A DNA stretch of 64,000 bases from an uncultured Acidobacteriota bacterium (GTDB lineage Bacteria > Acidobacteriota > Vicinamibacteria > Vicinamibacterales > CAVVIG01). This document shows positions 1-8,836 of the stretch, one piece after another (the stretch's first letter is position 1; each line of letters starts with the position of its first letter). A program made the position numbers and the translations under genes. Where the stretch lies: contig CAVYRS010000001.1 of assembly GCA_963770995.1 (NCBI GenBank), positions 502,815-566,814 of the forward strand. The letters run 5' to 3'. Below the pieces are notes generated by a model. The model had not been told where the DNA came from and made no database searches. It was given only the letters and a program-made list of their open reading frames with translations.

Positions 1-991
1 AAATGCCGCGAGCGCCGAGCAGGCGGACGGTTTCTCCGGCGCGGAGGATTCGCGATGTGGGTGCGCCGCTGTCGATCGCGGACTCCACCCACGCCTCTCG
101 ACGCATTTCGATCTCCAGCGACAACGGATTGGATGTCCCCGGCACCAGCGCAATGAGGCTGGCCGACAGCGTTGGCATCCGGTCGTCCGCCCACGACGGC
201 GTGACGCGCGGTACCTGCGGAACGGCGGCGAGCGGCGGAGCAAGGTTCTCCGCGGCCTCGAGGTAGCTGGAGAGCCACCAACCGCCTCCCCCGACGATCG
301 ACACGGCAATGACGGCAAGCACCGCCACGACGCCGGCCTTGCCAAGCCGTGGCGTCTCACGATCGGGAACCGCACGCATCGGTGCGGGCGCTGGCGCGGG
401 AGCGGTAACGGGAGCCCGAGCCGGTGTGAACACGGGAACGGGAACAGCGACCGTGCTCTCGACCGCAAGCGAATCCTCACGTTCGAAGAGCGGCGCGATC
501 GCGGCAAGCGCCGCTTCGTGTTCGACCTCGTCGACGACCGGCACCTCGGGCACTGCGACAACCGGTTCGACGACCGGCGCCGGGGGTGGCGGCTGCTCGG
601 CGAACTGCTGAACCTGCACGGCGATCTCGTCGAGTTCCGGGCGCATGTCAGCAAGCAATCGCTGGAGATCGCGCCGCGCCTGCTCCACGCTGTCCGACGC
701 GTCATCGTCCTGCTCGCCGTGCTCGGTCTGTTCGTTGATTGCCTGAAGCTGCGCCGTCAGAACCAGCAGCGCACGGCGCGCATCGACGACGATGCGGTGG
801 ATATCGGATCGCGCGGCCGCCAGAATGGCGGACGCTTCCCGTCCTGCCGCCGTACGCGCATCAGCCCGGAGCCGCGCCAGGTTTTCGCCCTGTCGCCGCC
901 AGGCGTCATGGCGGGCCTGGAAGTCGGCGATCAGATCGGTCGCGCGCGACGGAGACGACGACGGGGGATCTTGGAGGTCGAGGTCGGTCAT
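1..991 (-). CDS. partial CDS (C-terminus lies beyond window start): coiled-coil, single-TM envelope protein; C-terminal part tentatively RodZ-C (DUF4115)-like
   Basis: Not in the supplied track because no stop lies inside the window. I read every + strand triplet starting at pos 2 and found no TTA/CTA/TCA up to the CAT at 989-991, so the reverse frame is open for 330 codons. Translation MTDLDLQDPPSSSPSRATDLIADFQARHDAWRRQGENLARL... has one clear TM segment (AGVVAVLAVIAVSIVGGGGWWL) and G/C-rich third positions. The overlapping + ORFs (309..611, 518..1030) look like Arg/Gly-rich shadow frames. The domain call is from memory only. Confidence 0.55.
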   Translation of the reverse strand, partial: MTDLDLQDPPSSSPSRATDLIADFQARHDAWRRQGENLARLRADARTAAGREASAILAAARSDIHRIVVDARRALLVLTAQLQAINEQTEHGEQDDDASDSVEQARRDLQRLLADMRPELDEIAVQVQQFAEQPPPPAPVVEPVVAVPEVPVVDEVEHEAALAAIAPLFEREDSLAVESTVAVPVPVFTPARAPVTAPAPAPAPMRAVPDRETPRLGKAGVVAVLAVIAVSIVGGGGWWLSSYLEAAENLAPPLAAVPQVPRVTPSWADDRMPTLSASLIALVPGTSNPLSLEIEMRREAWVESAIDSGAPTSRILRAGETVRLLGARGI

Positions 992-1107
992 GACGTTTCT
1001 TGTATCGGTGGAAACGAAAGGACAGATTAGGGTTTGGCCGGCGGATCCTGTGGCTGAGCTGGCAGATAGTTTATATATAAAGTATACTGGCTGCCAGGAG
1101 AACGCCG

Positions 1108-2010
1108 ATGTCCGTCCGCCCTGTCAAACGGCTGCTCAGCACCAAGCCGACTCTCGAAGGCGCTGGCGTCAAGCTCCAGCGCGCCTTTGGCTTCGGCAAC
1201 ACGACCGAGTTCGATCCGTTCCTGCTGTTCGACGACTTCCGCAACGACAACCCGAAGGACTTCCTGGCGGGGTTTCCCTGGCATCCCCATCGGGGGATTG
1301 AAACGATTACGTACGTCCTGGCCGGCACTGTCGAGCACGGCGACAGCCTCGGCAACCGCGGCAGCCTCGGCTCGGGCGACGTGCAGTGGATGACGGCGGG
1401 CAGCGGCATCCTGCACCAGGAAATGCCGAAGGGCGACCCGAACGGGCGCATGCACGGCTTCCAGCTGTGGGCCAACCTCCCCGCTTCACTCAAGATGACC
1501 GCGCCGCGCTACCAGGACGTCACGGCGAACGACATCCCGGAGATCGTGGACGACGACGGCACGCGCGTGCGGATCATCTGCGGGGACTTCTGGGGCAAGA
1601 AGGGTCCGATCGAAGGCGTCGCTGCCGAACCGCGCTATCTGGATGTCTCGGTTCCGCCCGGCAAGCAGAAGCGGCTGGCCGTGGACCGCTCGAACCATGC
1701 GTTCGCGTACGTGTTCGCCGGGTCGGGGCGGTTCCGCGACGCGTCAGAGCCGCGCGCCGTACGCAACGAGCTGGCGGAATCGCCCAGCCTCGTGGCGGTG
1801 GACCGCGAAGCCGGCAACCGATCGCTCGTGCTCTTCGACGCCGGCGACGAAATCGTCGTGCAGGCGGGCGACGAAGGGATCCGGTTTCTGCTCGTCTCAG
1901 GAAAACCGATCGAGGAACCCGTCGCGTGGTACGGGCCGATCGTGATGAACACCGACCAGCAACTGCAGGAAGCGTACGCGGAACTGCGTAACGGGACGTT
2001 TATCAAGTAA
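1108..2010 (+). CDS. pirin family protein (bicupin)
   Basis: 300 aa. Typical pirin N-terminus and metal motif (FPWHPHRGIETITYVLAGTVEHGDSLGNRG, then MHGFQLWANLP). AGGAG lies about 8 nt upstream of the ATG. An AT-rich stretch (TTATATATAAAGTATACT, ~1067-1085) lies in the divergent gap. Confidence 0.95.
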   Translation: MSVRPVKRLLSTKPTLEGAGVKLQRAFGFGNTTEFDPFLLFDDFRNDNPKDFLAGFPWHPHRGIETITYVLAGTVEHGDSLGNRGSLGSGDVQWMTAGSGILHQEMPKGDPNGRMHGFQLWANLPASLKMTAPRYQDVTANDIPEIVDDDGTRVRIICGDFWGKKGPIEGVAAEPRYLDVSVPPGKQKRLAVDRSNHAFAYVFAGSGRFRDASEPRAVRNELAESPSLVAVDREAGNRSLVLFDAGDEIVVQAGDEGIRFLLVSGKPIEEPVAWYGPIVMNTDQQLQEAYAELRNGTFIK

Positions 2011-2017
2011 CGTACAA

Positions 2018-2088
2018 GTCAGAAGTCAGAAGTCAGAAGTCAGAAGTCAGAACGGTTCCGACTTCTGACTTCGTACTTCTGACTTTTT
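2018..2088 (+). terminator. heptamer-array hairpin followed by a T-run (candidate intrinsic terminator of the pirin gene; sits between convergent genes)
   Basis: GTCAGAA x5 in tandem (2018-2052), loop CGGTTCCG, then ACTTCTG/ACTTCGT/ACTTCTG (2061-2081), then ACTTTTT (2082-2088). It starts 8 nt after the pirin TAA. Confidence 0.6.
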
Positions 2089-2103
2089 CCGCGCCAGTCT
2101 GAA

Positions 2104-3024
2104 CTACTGCTGGCGAACGGTATCCTTCGCCGCCGCCTTGCCGGTGAAGCTGATGATCGCGAACTTGGGCTGCACTTCAGCGACCGCGCCGTCGCCGGTG
2201 CGCTTCTCGTCGGCGCCCAGCTTCGCGCCGGTGGCCGGGTCGACCAGCGCTTCGCCGATGTTGAAGACGGCGAACTTGTCGCCCACCTTGATCCCGCCTT
2301 CGGAGCCGAGGTTGATCCACGCACGGTTCCCTTCGACCTTGATGATCAGGCCTTCGAGCTTGCCGGACGGGTTGTTGGCCGTGCCGAGGCGCGCGAGGTA
2401 CTCGCCGGTCGTGAATTTCGCGACGAGATCCTTGGCCGTCTTCTGAATCGTCTCGCTGGCGATGCCCCACTCGGAGTCGCGGCTCAGGCTGGCGCCCTTC
2501 ATGAAGCCGCCGCCCTTCTTGACCTCGCCGTCGGCCGACAGCGACAGCACGCGCTCGGCGGTCGTCGAGTCGATCAGCCGCATGTTGATCGTCGCCTTCG
2601 ACTGGACCATGGCGCCGCCGATGCCGCGGAAGCCGCCGCCGGTCTTGTCGATGTTGAACTTGTCGATCCCGCCGAGCAGGATGTATTTGACGCCGAGGAT
2701 CTTGCCGACCTTGGCTGCTGAAGCCGGGTCCACCGCGCCCGATGCGCCGAGTCCCTGCTCCTTCAGCACGAGCGCGAGCTTGTCACGCTCGACGACGGAG
2801 AACTTGTCCGAGAGCATCTTGTTCTCGGAAAACTCGGTATCGATGGTGTTCCGCGCCGCCGGCCCCATCTCGTTGTGGAACCACCACGTGGTCGCAGCGT
2901 GGTTCTCGAACTCCCAGATTGCGATCTTGATCTTGGCCTGCGCGAACCCGGACACCGGCAGCGCGAGGACCAGGGCCACGCTGGCCGCCAGACATCGGAG
3001 CGTCTTTCTCATGATGCACCTCAT
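2104..3024 (-). CDS. CsgG-like periplasmic/outer-membrane assembly protein (curli-secretion CsgG family)
   Basis: 306 aa with a signal peptide (LAASVALVLALPVSGFAQA). CsgG-like core: AIWEFENH..., LGASGAVDPASAAKVGKILGVKYILLGGIDKFN. Its ATG (3024-3022) overlaps the TGA (3023-3021) of the upstream PP2C gene. Confidence 0.8.
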   Translation of the reverse strand: MRCIMRKTLRCLAASVALVLALPVSGFAQAKIKIAIWEFENHAATTWWFHNEMGPAARNTIDTEFSENKMLSDKFSVVERDKLALVLKEQGLGASGAVDPASAAKVGKILGVKYILLGGIDKFNIDKTGGGFRGIGGAMVQSKATINMRLIDSTTAERVLSLSADGEVKKGGGFMKGASLSRDSEWGIASETIQKTAKDLVAKFTTGEYLARLGTANNPSGKLEGLIIKVEGNRAWINLGSEGGIKVGDKFAVFNIGEALVDPATGAKLGADEKRTGDGAVAEVQPKFAIISFTGKAAAKDTVRQQ

Positions 3025-3782
3025 CGAGCGTTGGTATAACGAGCTAAAAGGACCGTGACGTTGTCGCGCCCGTTCAGATCGAGCGCCGATTGAATCAACC
3101 GATCGGCGGCCTTTCCGAGATCAGGCTCTTCCTGCAGCGTTTTCTGTATCACGTCGTCGCCAATCACCCCGTGCAGGCCGTCCGTGCACATCATCAGGGT
3201 CTGGCCGTCCTCGAGGTCGAGCTCGTGTACGGTGACGTCGAGCTCGAAGCGAGCGCCGACCACGTTGGTGAGGACGTGGTGCATGGGATGCTTCTTCAGC
3301 GTCGCGGCGTCCACGCCGGTTTCCTCACTCAGCATGGTCACCCACGAATCGTCGCGTGTGAGTTGTCGGATGCTCGAACCGACGAGCGAATAGAGCCGGC
3401 TGTCGCCGACGCTCGCGAAGGTCAGACGACAGCCTTCGACCAGCGCCATGACGACCGTCGTGCCCATGCCATTGTACTCAGCGCGTTCCTGGCCGGCGCT
3501 GAAGATCTGCCGGTTGGCGACCTTGACCGCGTTGAGCAGCCGGTTCTCCGTCATCGAGAGCGCGGCATTCAGACCGTAGGCAAAGGTCACGTCCGGAGAC
3601 TGCGCGCTCTTCCGCAAGAACTCCTGGGCGGCGTCGATCGCCACGCGGGAGGCCACTTCGCCCGCGTTGTGGCCGCCCATGCCGTCGGCAATCGCCAGCA
3701 GCGACAGGTCGGGATCCCAGAGGACCGAGTCTTCGTTTGTCGCGCGCGGTCCCGGGTTGGTCCGCGTTTCCACTGTGAGCAT
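3021..3782 (-). CDS. PP2C-family Ser/Thr protein phosphatase
   Basis: MLTVETRTNPGPRATNEDSVLWDPDLSLLAIADGMGGHNAGEVAS...MMCTDGLHG...GRDNVTVLLARY. I chose the internal ATG at 3782 by domain boundary; the track ORF extends to 3857. Confidence 0.9.
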   Translation of the reverse strand: MLTVETRTNPGPRATNEDSVLWDPDLSLLAIADGMGGHNAGEVASRVAIDAAQEFLRKSAQSPDVTFAYGLNAALSMTENRLLNAVKVANRQIFSAGQERAEYNGMGTTVVMALVEGCRLTFASVGDSRLYSLVGSSIRQLTRDDSWVTMLSEETGVDAATLKKHPMHHVLTNVVGARFELDVTVHELDLEDGQTLMMCTDGLHGVIGDDVIQKTLQEEPDLGKAADRLIQSALDLNGRDNVTVLLARYTNAR

Positions 3783-3930
3783 CGAGGGAGTCCTGTCGCC
3801 TGCGAGCGGCGCGGCGAGCGACAGTATCATACCGCCGGTGCGCAAATAGACGACCAATCCATGTCGGCACTCCCCCTCGCATCCTGTATCGGATCGGCCG
3901 ATAAACCCCTTCAGAAAGGCCTGCGAGCGA

Positions 3931-3974
3931 CCCCGAATTCCGGGGGGTTTCCCCGAATTGCTGACCCCGGAATT
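3931..3974. promoter_or_regulatory. three direct CCCCG(G)AATT repeats in the divergent PP2C/PP2C control region (candidate operator)
   Basis: CCCCGAATT at 3931-3939 and 3951-3959; CCCCGGAATT at 3965-3974. The first copy is part of the near-palindrome CCCCGAATTCCGGGG. They lie between gene starts at 3782 (-) and ~4067 (+). Confidence 0.3.
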
Positions 3975-4066
3975 GCCACTAAAGTGGTATTGTTTTGGGT
4001 CTCCAGACTCTTAGTCGCTCCTATGATCCACTCGAGCCGTCTGTCGAAGCGTACGCGAGGTCTCTT

Positions 4067-4834
4067 GTGATACGAGCCTGTGGCATATCCGATACAGGGA
4101 GGGTTCGTAAATCGAACGAAGACAAGTTCGTCTCGGACCCGGAATTCCGCCTGTTTGCCGTCGCCGACGGCATGGGCGGACATAGCGCGGGCGAGGTCGC
4201 GTCGGGCCTGGCGATCGAAACGCTCCAGGGTTTCATCCATCGCTCGTCGAACGACACCGATTTCTCCTGGCCGTACGGCCTCGACAAGACTCTGTCGTTC
4301 GACGGCAATCGCCTGCGGACGGCGGTGCACCTCGCCAATCGCCGCGTGTTCCGGGCGGCCGAGAGCAGCGACGACTACGGCGGCATGGGCACCACCATCG
4401 TCGGCATGCTCATCGCCGAAGAACGGATCTCGGTCGCGCATGTCGGCGACAGCCGCGTCTATCTGCTCTCCAACGATCATCTCGCGCAGTTGACGTTCGA
4501 CGACACCTGGGCGGCGACGATCCTGGCGCAGGATCCGAGCCTGGATCCCGCGGAAATCGCGCGCCACCCGATGCGCAACGTGCTCACCAACGTGCTCGGC
4601 GCTCGCGACCATGTCGACGTGCATCTGACGGAGTGTCCGGTCAGCGACGGCGACATCCTGCTGCTGTGCACCGACGGCCTGCACGGCGTGCTCGATGCCG
4701 ATTCGCTCAAGGCCCTGCTGGAGAAAAGCTCGGACGTCGAAGCCACGGCGCGCAGCCTGATCGACGCCGCGCTCGACGGCGGCGGCCGCGACAACGTCAC
4801 GGCCCTCGTCGTGCGCTACGAGGGTGCCTCGTGA
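4067..4834 (+). CDS. PP2C-family Ser/Thr protein phosphatase (start uncertain: TTG 3995, TTG 4064 or GTG 4067)
   Basis: VIRACGISDTGRVRKSNEDKFV...FAVADGMGGHSAGEVAS...LLLCTDGLHG...GGRDNVTALVVRYEG. The TGA at 4832-4834 overlaps the GTG of the next gene. Confidence 0.9.
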   Translation: MIRACGISDTGRVRKSNEDKFVSDPEFRLFAVADGMGGHSAGEVASGLAIETLQGFIHRSSNDTDFSWPYGLDKTLSFDGNRLRTAVHLANRRVFRAAESSDDYGGMGTTIVGMLIAEERISVAHVGDSRVYLLSNDHLAQLTFDDTWAATILAQDPSLDPAEIARHPMRNVLTNVLGARDHVDVHLTECPVSDGDILLLCTDGLHGVLDADSLKALLEKSSDVEATARSLIDAALDGGGRDNVTALVVRYEGAS

Positions 4835-6120
4835 GCACGACCGCGGGCACCGGCACCCCCGCCGACAAGCTGCCGCCGACCATCGGCCGCTACCGCGTCG
4901 TCGAACGGATCGGCACCGGTGCGATGGGCATGGTGTACGCGGCCGACGACGACACGCTAGGACGGCGGGTGGCGGTGAAAGTGATGATGGGCGACCTCGA
5001 GGACGAGCCCGAAATGCGTGGGCGATTCTTCCGCGAGGCGAAGATCACGGGGCAACTCGCCCACCGCAACATCGTCACCGTGTTCGATCTCGGCGAGGAG
5101 AATCACCATCCGTACATCGTGATGGAGCTGCTCTCGGGTCTGGCGCTTCCGGAGTTTCTCGCCGCGTCCGCCAAGGTGTCGCTGGACGTCAAGATCGACT
5201 TGATGATGCAGGTCTGCGAGGGGCTCCAGGCCGCGCACAGCAAGGGCGTCGTGCATCGCGACGTGAAGCCGAGCAACCTGTTCGTGCAGCACGACGGCAG
5301 CGTGAAGATCCTCGACTTCGGCGTCGCGCGGCTGGCCTCATCGAATTTGACGAAGCACGGATTTCTGGTCGGCACGCCGGAGTTCATGTCGCCCGAGCAG
5401 GCGCGGGGCGCGGCGGTCGACGCGCGCTCGGACGTGTTCTCGGCGGCCGGCGTGTTCTATTTCATGCTCTCGGGCAATGGACCGTTCTCGTCGCCCGATC
5501 TGCCGAAGATGCTGCGCGCGGTGATTCAGGACAACCCGCCGCCGCTCACCGAGGCCCAGGCGCCTGAACCGCTCCGGCGCGTGCTGATGAAGGGACTCTC
5601 GAAGGCGCCGGCCGATCGCTATCAGCAATGCATCGACATGCAGGCCGATCTCGCCAAGGTCCGTCGCTCGGAGGGCGGTGTCGCGCACCGCTACGCCCAG
5701 GCTGCGCTGGATCGCTACCGGCAGGTCGTGGCAACCATCGAGGAGCGCCGGGCACTCGGCCAGTCGCTGGGCCGGACCGACATCGATCGTGCCGCCGCAA
5801 CCGCTCTCGCCCGGCTGGCGGCGCGGTTTCCGGAGTTCGCGAAGCACACCGATCCGCATGCGCTGATGGAGCCGTTGGATTCCGCCGTCGCTCAGGAAGC
5901 GTTGTCGTCGCTGCAGACGCGTCACAACGCCGAGCTCGCATCGCTGGAAGCATTGAAAATGGAGGCCGGCGCCGCGCGCGCGCGCGGGGCGGCAGCCGAG
6001 CAGATCGATTTGACGCTGCACCGCGGGGGCATCAACGTCGAACCGTCGGCCGATCCTGAAGCGCCCTCGTCGCTCAAGAACCGCGCCGCCGCGCTGTGGC
6101 GCAAGCTCGGGGGAACGTGA
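4831..6120 (+). CDS. Ser/Thr protein kinase (Hanks type), cytoplasmic, with helical C-terminal region
   Basis: GTG 4831 in a GTGA overlap. Motifs: GRYRVVERIGTGAMGMVYAA, VAVKVM, HRDVKPSNLF, ILDFGVAR, GTPEFMSPEQ. The first 66 codons of the track ORF 4633.. overlap the PP2C gene and are Arg-rich junk. Confidence 0.9.
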   Translation: MSTTAGTGTPADKLPPTIGRYRVVERIGTGAMGMVYAADDDTLGRRVAVKVMMGDLEDEPEMRGRFFREAKITGQLAHRNIVTVFDLGEENHHPYIVMELLSGLALPEFLAASAKVSLDVKIDLMMQVCEGLQAAHSKGVVHRDVKPSNLFVQHDGSVKILDFGVARLASSNLTKHGFLVGTPEFMSPEQARGAAVDARSDVFSAAGVFYFMLSGNGPFSSPDLPKMLRAVIQDNPPPLTEAQAPEPLRRVLMKGLSKAPADRYQQCIDMQADLAKVRRSEGGVAHRYAQAALDRYRQVVATIEERRALGQSLGRTDIDRAAATALARLAARFPEFAKHTDPHALMEPLDSAVAQEALSSLQTRHNAELASLEALKMEAGAARARGAAAEQIDLTLHRGGINVEPSADPEAPSSLKNRAAALWRKLGGT

Positions 6121-7349
6121 GTCGAAAGCTGATCGTTTCCGACGGCCGCCGGCAACGCGAGTTGCTGATCGTCAGCAAGATCGTGGTCGGTCGTGATCCG
6201 ACGTGCGATCTGAGCGAAGCGGATCCCCTGCTGTCCCGCCGACACGCCGAATTTGCGATTTCCGGCGACGATGTCGTCGTGCGCGATCTCGGCAGCCGGA
6301 ACGGCATCTACATCAACGGCGCCCGGACGGCGGAAGGCACGCTCCAATCGGGTGACGTCGTCCGCATCGGCCGCCTGCACATGCGCTACATCGAAGACAG
6401 CGCGCCGCTGGTTGCGGTGCCCGAGCTCGTCGACGACGCGACGGGGCTGGTGATTCCCGGACCCCGACCGGGAACGCCCCAGCCACCGCCGGCCGCAGCA
6501 CCCATGTCTGCCGGCGCATTCGGTGCGAGGCCGCAGCCCGCGGCTCCGTTCGCGTCGAAATCGAACCCGATGCCGTCACCGCCTCCATCCACTGAGGCTG
6601 ACGTCGATTTGACGTCGTACGTGTCGCCGTCTGCCTTCCGGAAACCGCCGTCAGGCGTCTCGGGATCGTCCATCAAGAAATCACAGCCGGCAGCAGCCGC
6701 GGCGCCGCCCGCGGGCGACGAAGTCGAATCGACCCGTGTCGTTCCGGCGCCTGGACGCAGCGGTCTGCGTCCGCCGCTCGCTCCGCTGGCGAAGTCCGGT
6801 GTGAAGCCGCCGGCGGCGCCGCCCATCGGCACGTCGGTGCTGCCGCCGCCCGTGCCGCTGAGGGAAGACGAGCTCACGTCGTACGTGACGCCGCGTCCGC
6901 GAACGTCGGTGCAAGCCCCGCCCGCACCGGATCGCACGCTGGCGGTGCCACCGCCGACGCCTCTGGTCGAGCACACGGCCGTGCACGCGCCGCCGGCGCC
7001 GCCCGCGATGCACACCGCCGTGCAGCCGCCTCCCATGCCAGCGGTCGTTCACACGGCTGTGCAGCCGCCGCCATCGCCGGCGGTTGAAGACATGGACGAG
7101 CCGACGTCGGTCATCTTGATGCCGCGTCCCAAGACACAGGTAGGATCTGACTCCCGGGCTCACGCACTGGCGACGACGGTTGCAGCGGTCGTCACGTTTC
7201 TTGGACGCTTACCGAATGGCGAGCGTGCGGCGGAGGCGGTCAGACTGCTGGAGCGCGATCTCGTGGCAGCGGCACCTCCGGCTGATCTCGTAGACACGTT
7301 GAACGGACTGGCGGCGCGCGTGAGCGCGGCCGCGAACGAGCTCACATGA
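6117..7349 (+). CDS. FHA-domain protein with long Pro-rich region
   Basis: GTG 6117 in a GTGA overlap with the kinase stop. FHA signature: IVVGRDPTCDLSEADPLLSRRHAEFAISGDDVVVRDLGSRNGIYINGARTAEGTLQSGDVVRIG. Confidence 0.85.
   Translation: MSRKLIVSDGRRQRELLIVSKIVVGRDPTCDLSEADPLLSRRHAEFAISGDDVVVRDLGSRNGIYINGARTAEGTLQSGDVVRIGRLHMRYIEDSAPLVAVPELVDDATGLVIPGPRPGTPQPPPAAAPMSAGAFGARPQPAAPFASKSNPMPSPPPSTEADVDLTSYVSPSAFRKPPSGVSGSSIKKSQPAAAAAPPAGDEVESTRVVPAPGRSGLRPPLAPLAKSGVKPPAAPPIGTSVLPPPVPLREDELTSYVTPRPRTSVQAPPAPDRTLAVPPPTPLVEHTAVHAPPAPPAMHTAVQPPPMPAVVHTAVQPPPSPAVEDMDEPTSVILMPRPKTQVGSDSRAHALATTVAAVVTFLGRLPNGERAAEAVRLLERDLVAAAPPADLVDTLNGLAARVSAAANELT
6969..7085 (+). repeat. 3 x 39-nt in-frame tandem repeat inside the FHA gene
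   Basis: Units 6969-7007, 7008-7046 and 7047-7085 encode EHTAVHAPPAPPA / MHTAVQPPPMPAV / VHTAVQPPPSPAV. The units differ partly at synonymous sites (acg/acc, gcc/gct). Confidence 0.85.
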
Positions 7350-8836
7350 CACCTCTTCTGGTGATTCGCGATGCGGACGGCTCGGAGCGCACGGTCGAAC
7401 TGCGCGACGGCGTCATGCGGATCGGCCGGGCGGCGGGCAACGAGATCGTGATTGGCGACGCGAGCAAAGGTGTCTCGCGCACGCATGCCGAGCTGCACGT
7501 CGAGAACGGCCGGTGCACGATCGTCGACTTGCACAGCCAGAACGGCACCTGGGTCAACGCGCTGCGCGTGCAGCGCGCGGAAGTGCGACCCGACGCGGAG
7601 ATTGCCATCGGCGTGTTCCGGCTTCGCGTCAGCGGAGGGACGACGAATATTTCGGCGACGGGTCATCCGGCGCCACGGCCACAGCCGGCGACGATCGTCG
7701 CGCCGCGGCCGCCATCGGTCGCGGAGCCAGTCCCGCCGCCGATGCCCTCACCCCGCGGGACCGTCAGCGATCTTCCGTTGATGGCGGCGCACGGCGTGAC
7801 CAGCCCGGTGCCGATACCGACGATCCCGCAACCGGCGCCGCAGGCTGTTGTCGCTCCGGCGGCGAAGCCGAAACGCTCATCGCTGCCGTTCATCTACGTC
7901 GGCATCGGGGCCGTCGCGATGATCGCGCTGGCCGTCGCGTTGTTCAGCCTTCCGCAGAAACCATTGGGCAGGCCTCAGGCGCCCGCGCAGGCCCCGTCAG
8001 CCCAGGTTCCCGCAGCGCCACCCGCATCCGCGCCGCAGCCTCCACCCGCCGCGCCAAGTCCCGCCGCGGCCCCGACGCCAGCCGCCGCTCCACCGCCCGC
8101 GCCCCCGACCGACGGGCCGGGACGCGCCCGACCTGCGACGCGGCAGCCGACGCCACGACGCGCCGCCGCGCCAACGCCACGACCGGCCAGTCCGGCGCCG
8201 AGCGCGCCCGCGGGCAGCCGAAACGCGCCGCCGGCGCCGTCCGGTAGCGCACGAGGGCGAGTTGGTGCGGTCACACCAGGTTCCGCGGTGCGCACGGCCG
8301 CCGAGAATCTTCCCGTTCCGCGGAAGCCTGGCGAGTCGCTGCAGGATTGGCAGGCGCGCAGCTCGGCGCTGCAGGCGCGCTACTCGTTCGCGAAGGTCGC
8401 ACTCGAGCGCGGCGACTTCGCCGCAGCGTCCGGCGGATTTGCCGCGATCCTGCTCGAGGAGCCCGGGTTCCTCGATGCGCCGCAGTTGCTGGTCAGAGCG
8501 CGCGAGGGCCTGCGCGCAGCCGCCGTGGAGACGATTGAGGCGGGCAACAAGCTCGACGCAGCGGGCGATTCGATTGGCGCGCTCAAGAAGTACGACCAGG
8601 CGCGCGAGATCGATCGCGGAGCGCCGGGGCTGGACGAGGCGGTCAGGCGCGTGCGCGACAAGATGCGCGTGGCCGGTACCGCTGCCCTCAGACGCGCGCG
8701 CCAGTTCGACGCGCTGGGCCGTTTCGCCGATGCGCTGGCCGAGTACGAGAAGGCGGCGCAGTGGCTCTCCCCCGAGGATCCGAACCAGCAGATCGCGCGC
8801 GGCCGGGCCGATCAGCTGAAGGCGAGGCAGCGATGA
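7346..8836 (+). CDS. FHA-domain protein with one TM helix, Pro/Ala-rich spacer and helical (TPR-like) C-terminal domain
   Basis: ATGA overlap at 7346-7349. FHA: MRIGRAAGNEIVIGDASKGVSRTHAELHVENGRCTIVDLHSQNGTWVN. TM: FIYVGIGAVAMIALAVALFSL. The C-terminus is helical and repeat-like. Confidence 0.85.
   Translation: MTPLLVIRDADGSERTVELRDGVMRIGRAAGNEIVIGDASKGVSRTHAELHVENGRCTIVDLHSQNGTWVNALRVQRAEVRPDAEIAIGVFRLRVSGGTTNISATGHPAPRPQPATIVAPRPPSVAEPVPPPMPSPRGTVSDLPLMAAHGVTSPVPIPTIPQPAPQAVVAPAAKPKRSSLPFIYVGIGAVAMIALAVALFSLPQKPLGRPQAPAQAPSAQVPAAPPASAPQPPPAAPSPAAAPTPAAAPPPAPPTDGPGRARPATRQPTPRRAAAPTPRPASPAPSAPAGSRNAPPAPSGSARGRVGAVTPGSAVRTAAENLPVPRKPGESLQDWQARSSALQARYSFAKVALERGDFAAASGGFAAILLEEPGFLDAPQLLVRAREGLRAAAVETIEAGNKLDAAGDSIGALKKYDQAREIDRGAPGLDEAVRRVRDKMRVAGTAALRRARQFDALGRFADALAEYEKAAQWLSPEDPNQQIARGRADQLKARQR

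Noticed and set aside
309-1030. + strand ORFs 309..611, 518..1030, 739..993 and 792..1301 at the window start
   Set aside because: Their composition is low-complexity and Arg/Gly/Thr-rich, and they overlap each other. The - strand frame is open for 330 codons and has a TM helix and better third-position GC, so I treat these as shadow frames.
2018-2084. Tandem short repeats as a possible CRISPR array (also at 17022, 44197 and other loci)
   Set aside because: The units are only 7-9 nt and directly abutting, with no unique spacers. Each array is mirrored by an inverted array to form a hairpin. No cas genes are in the window.
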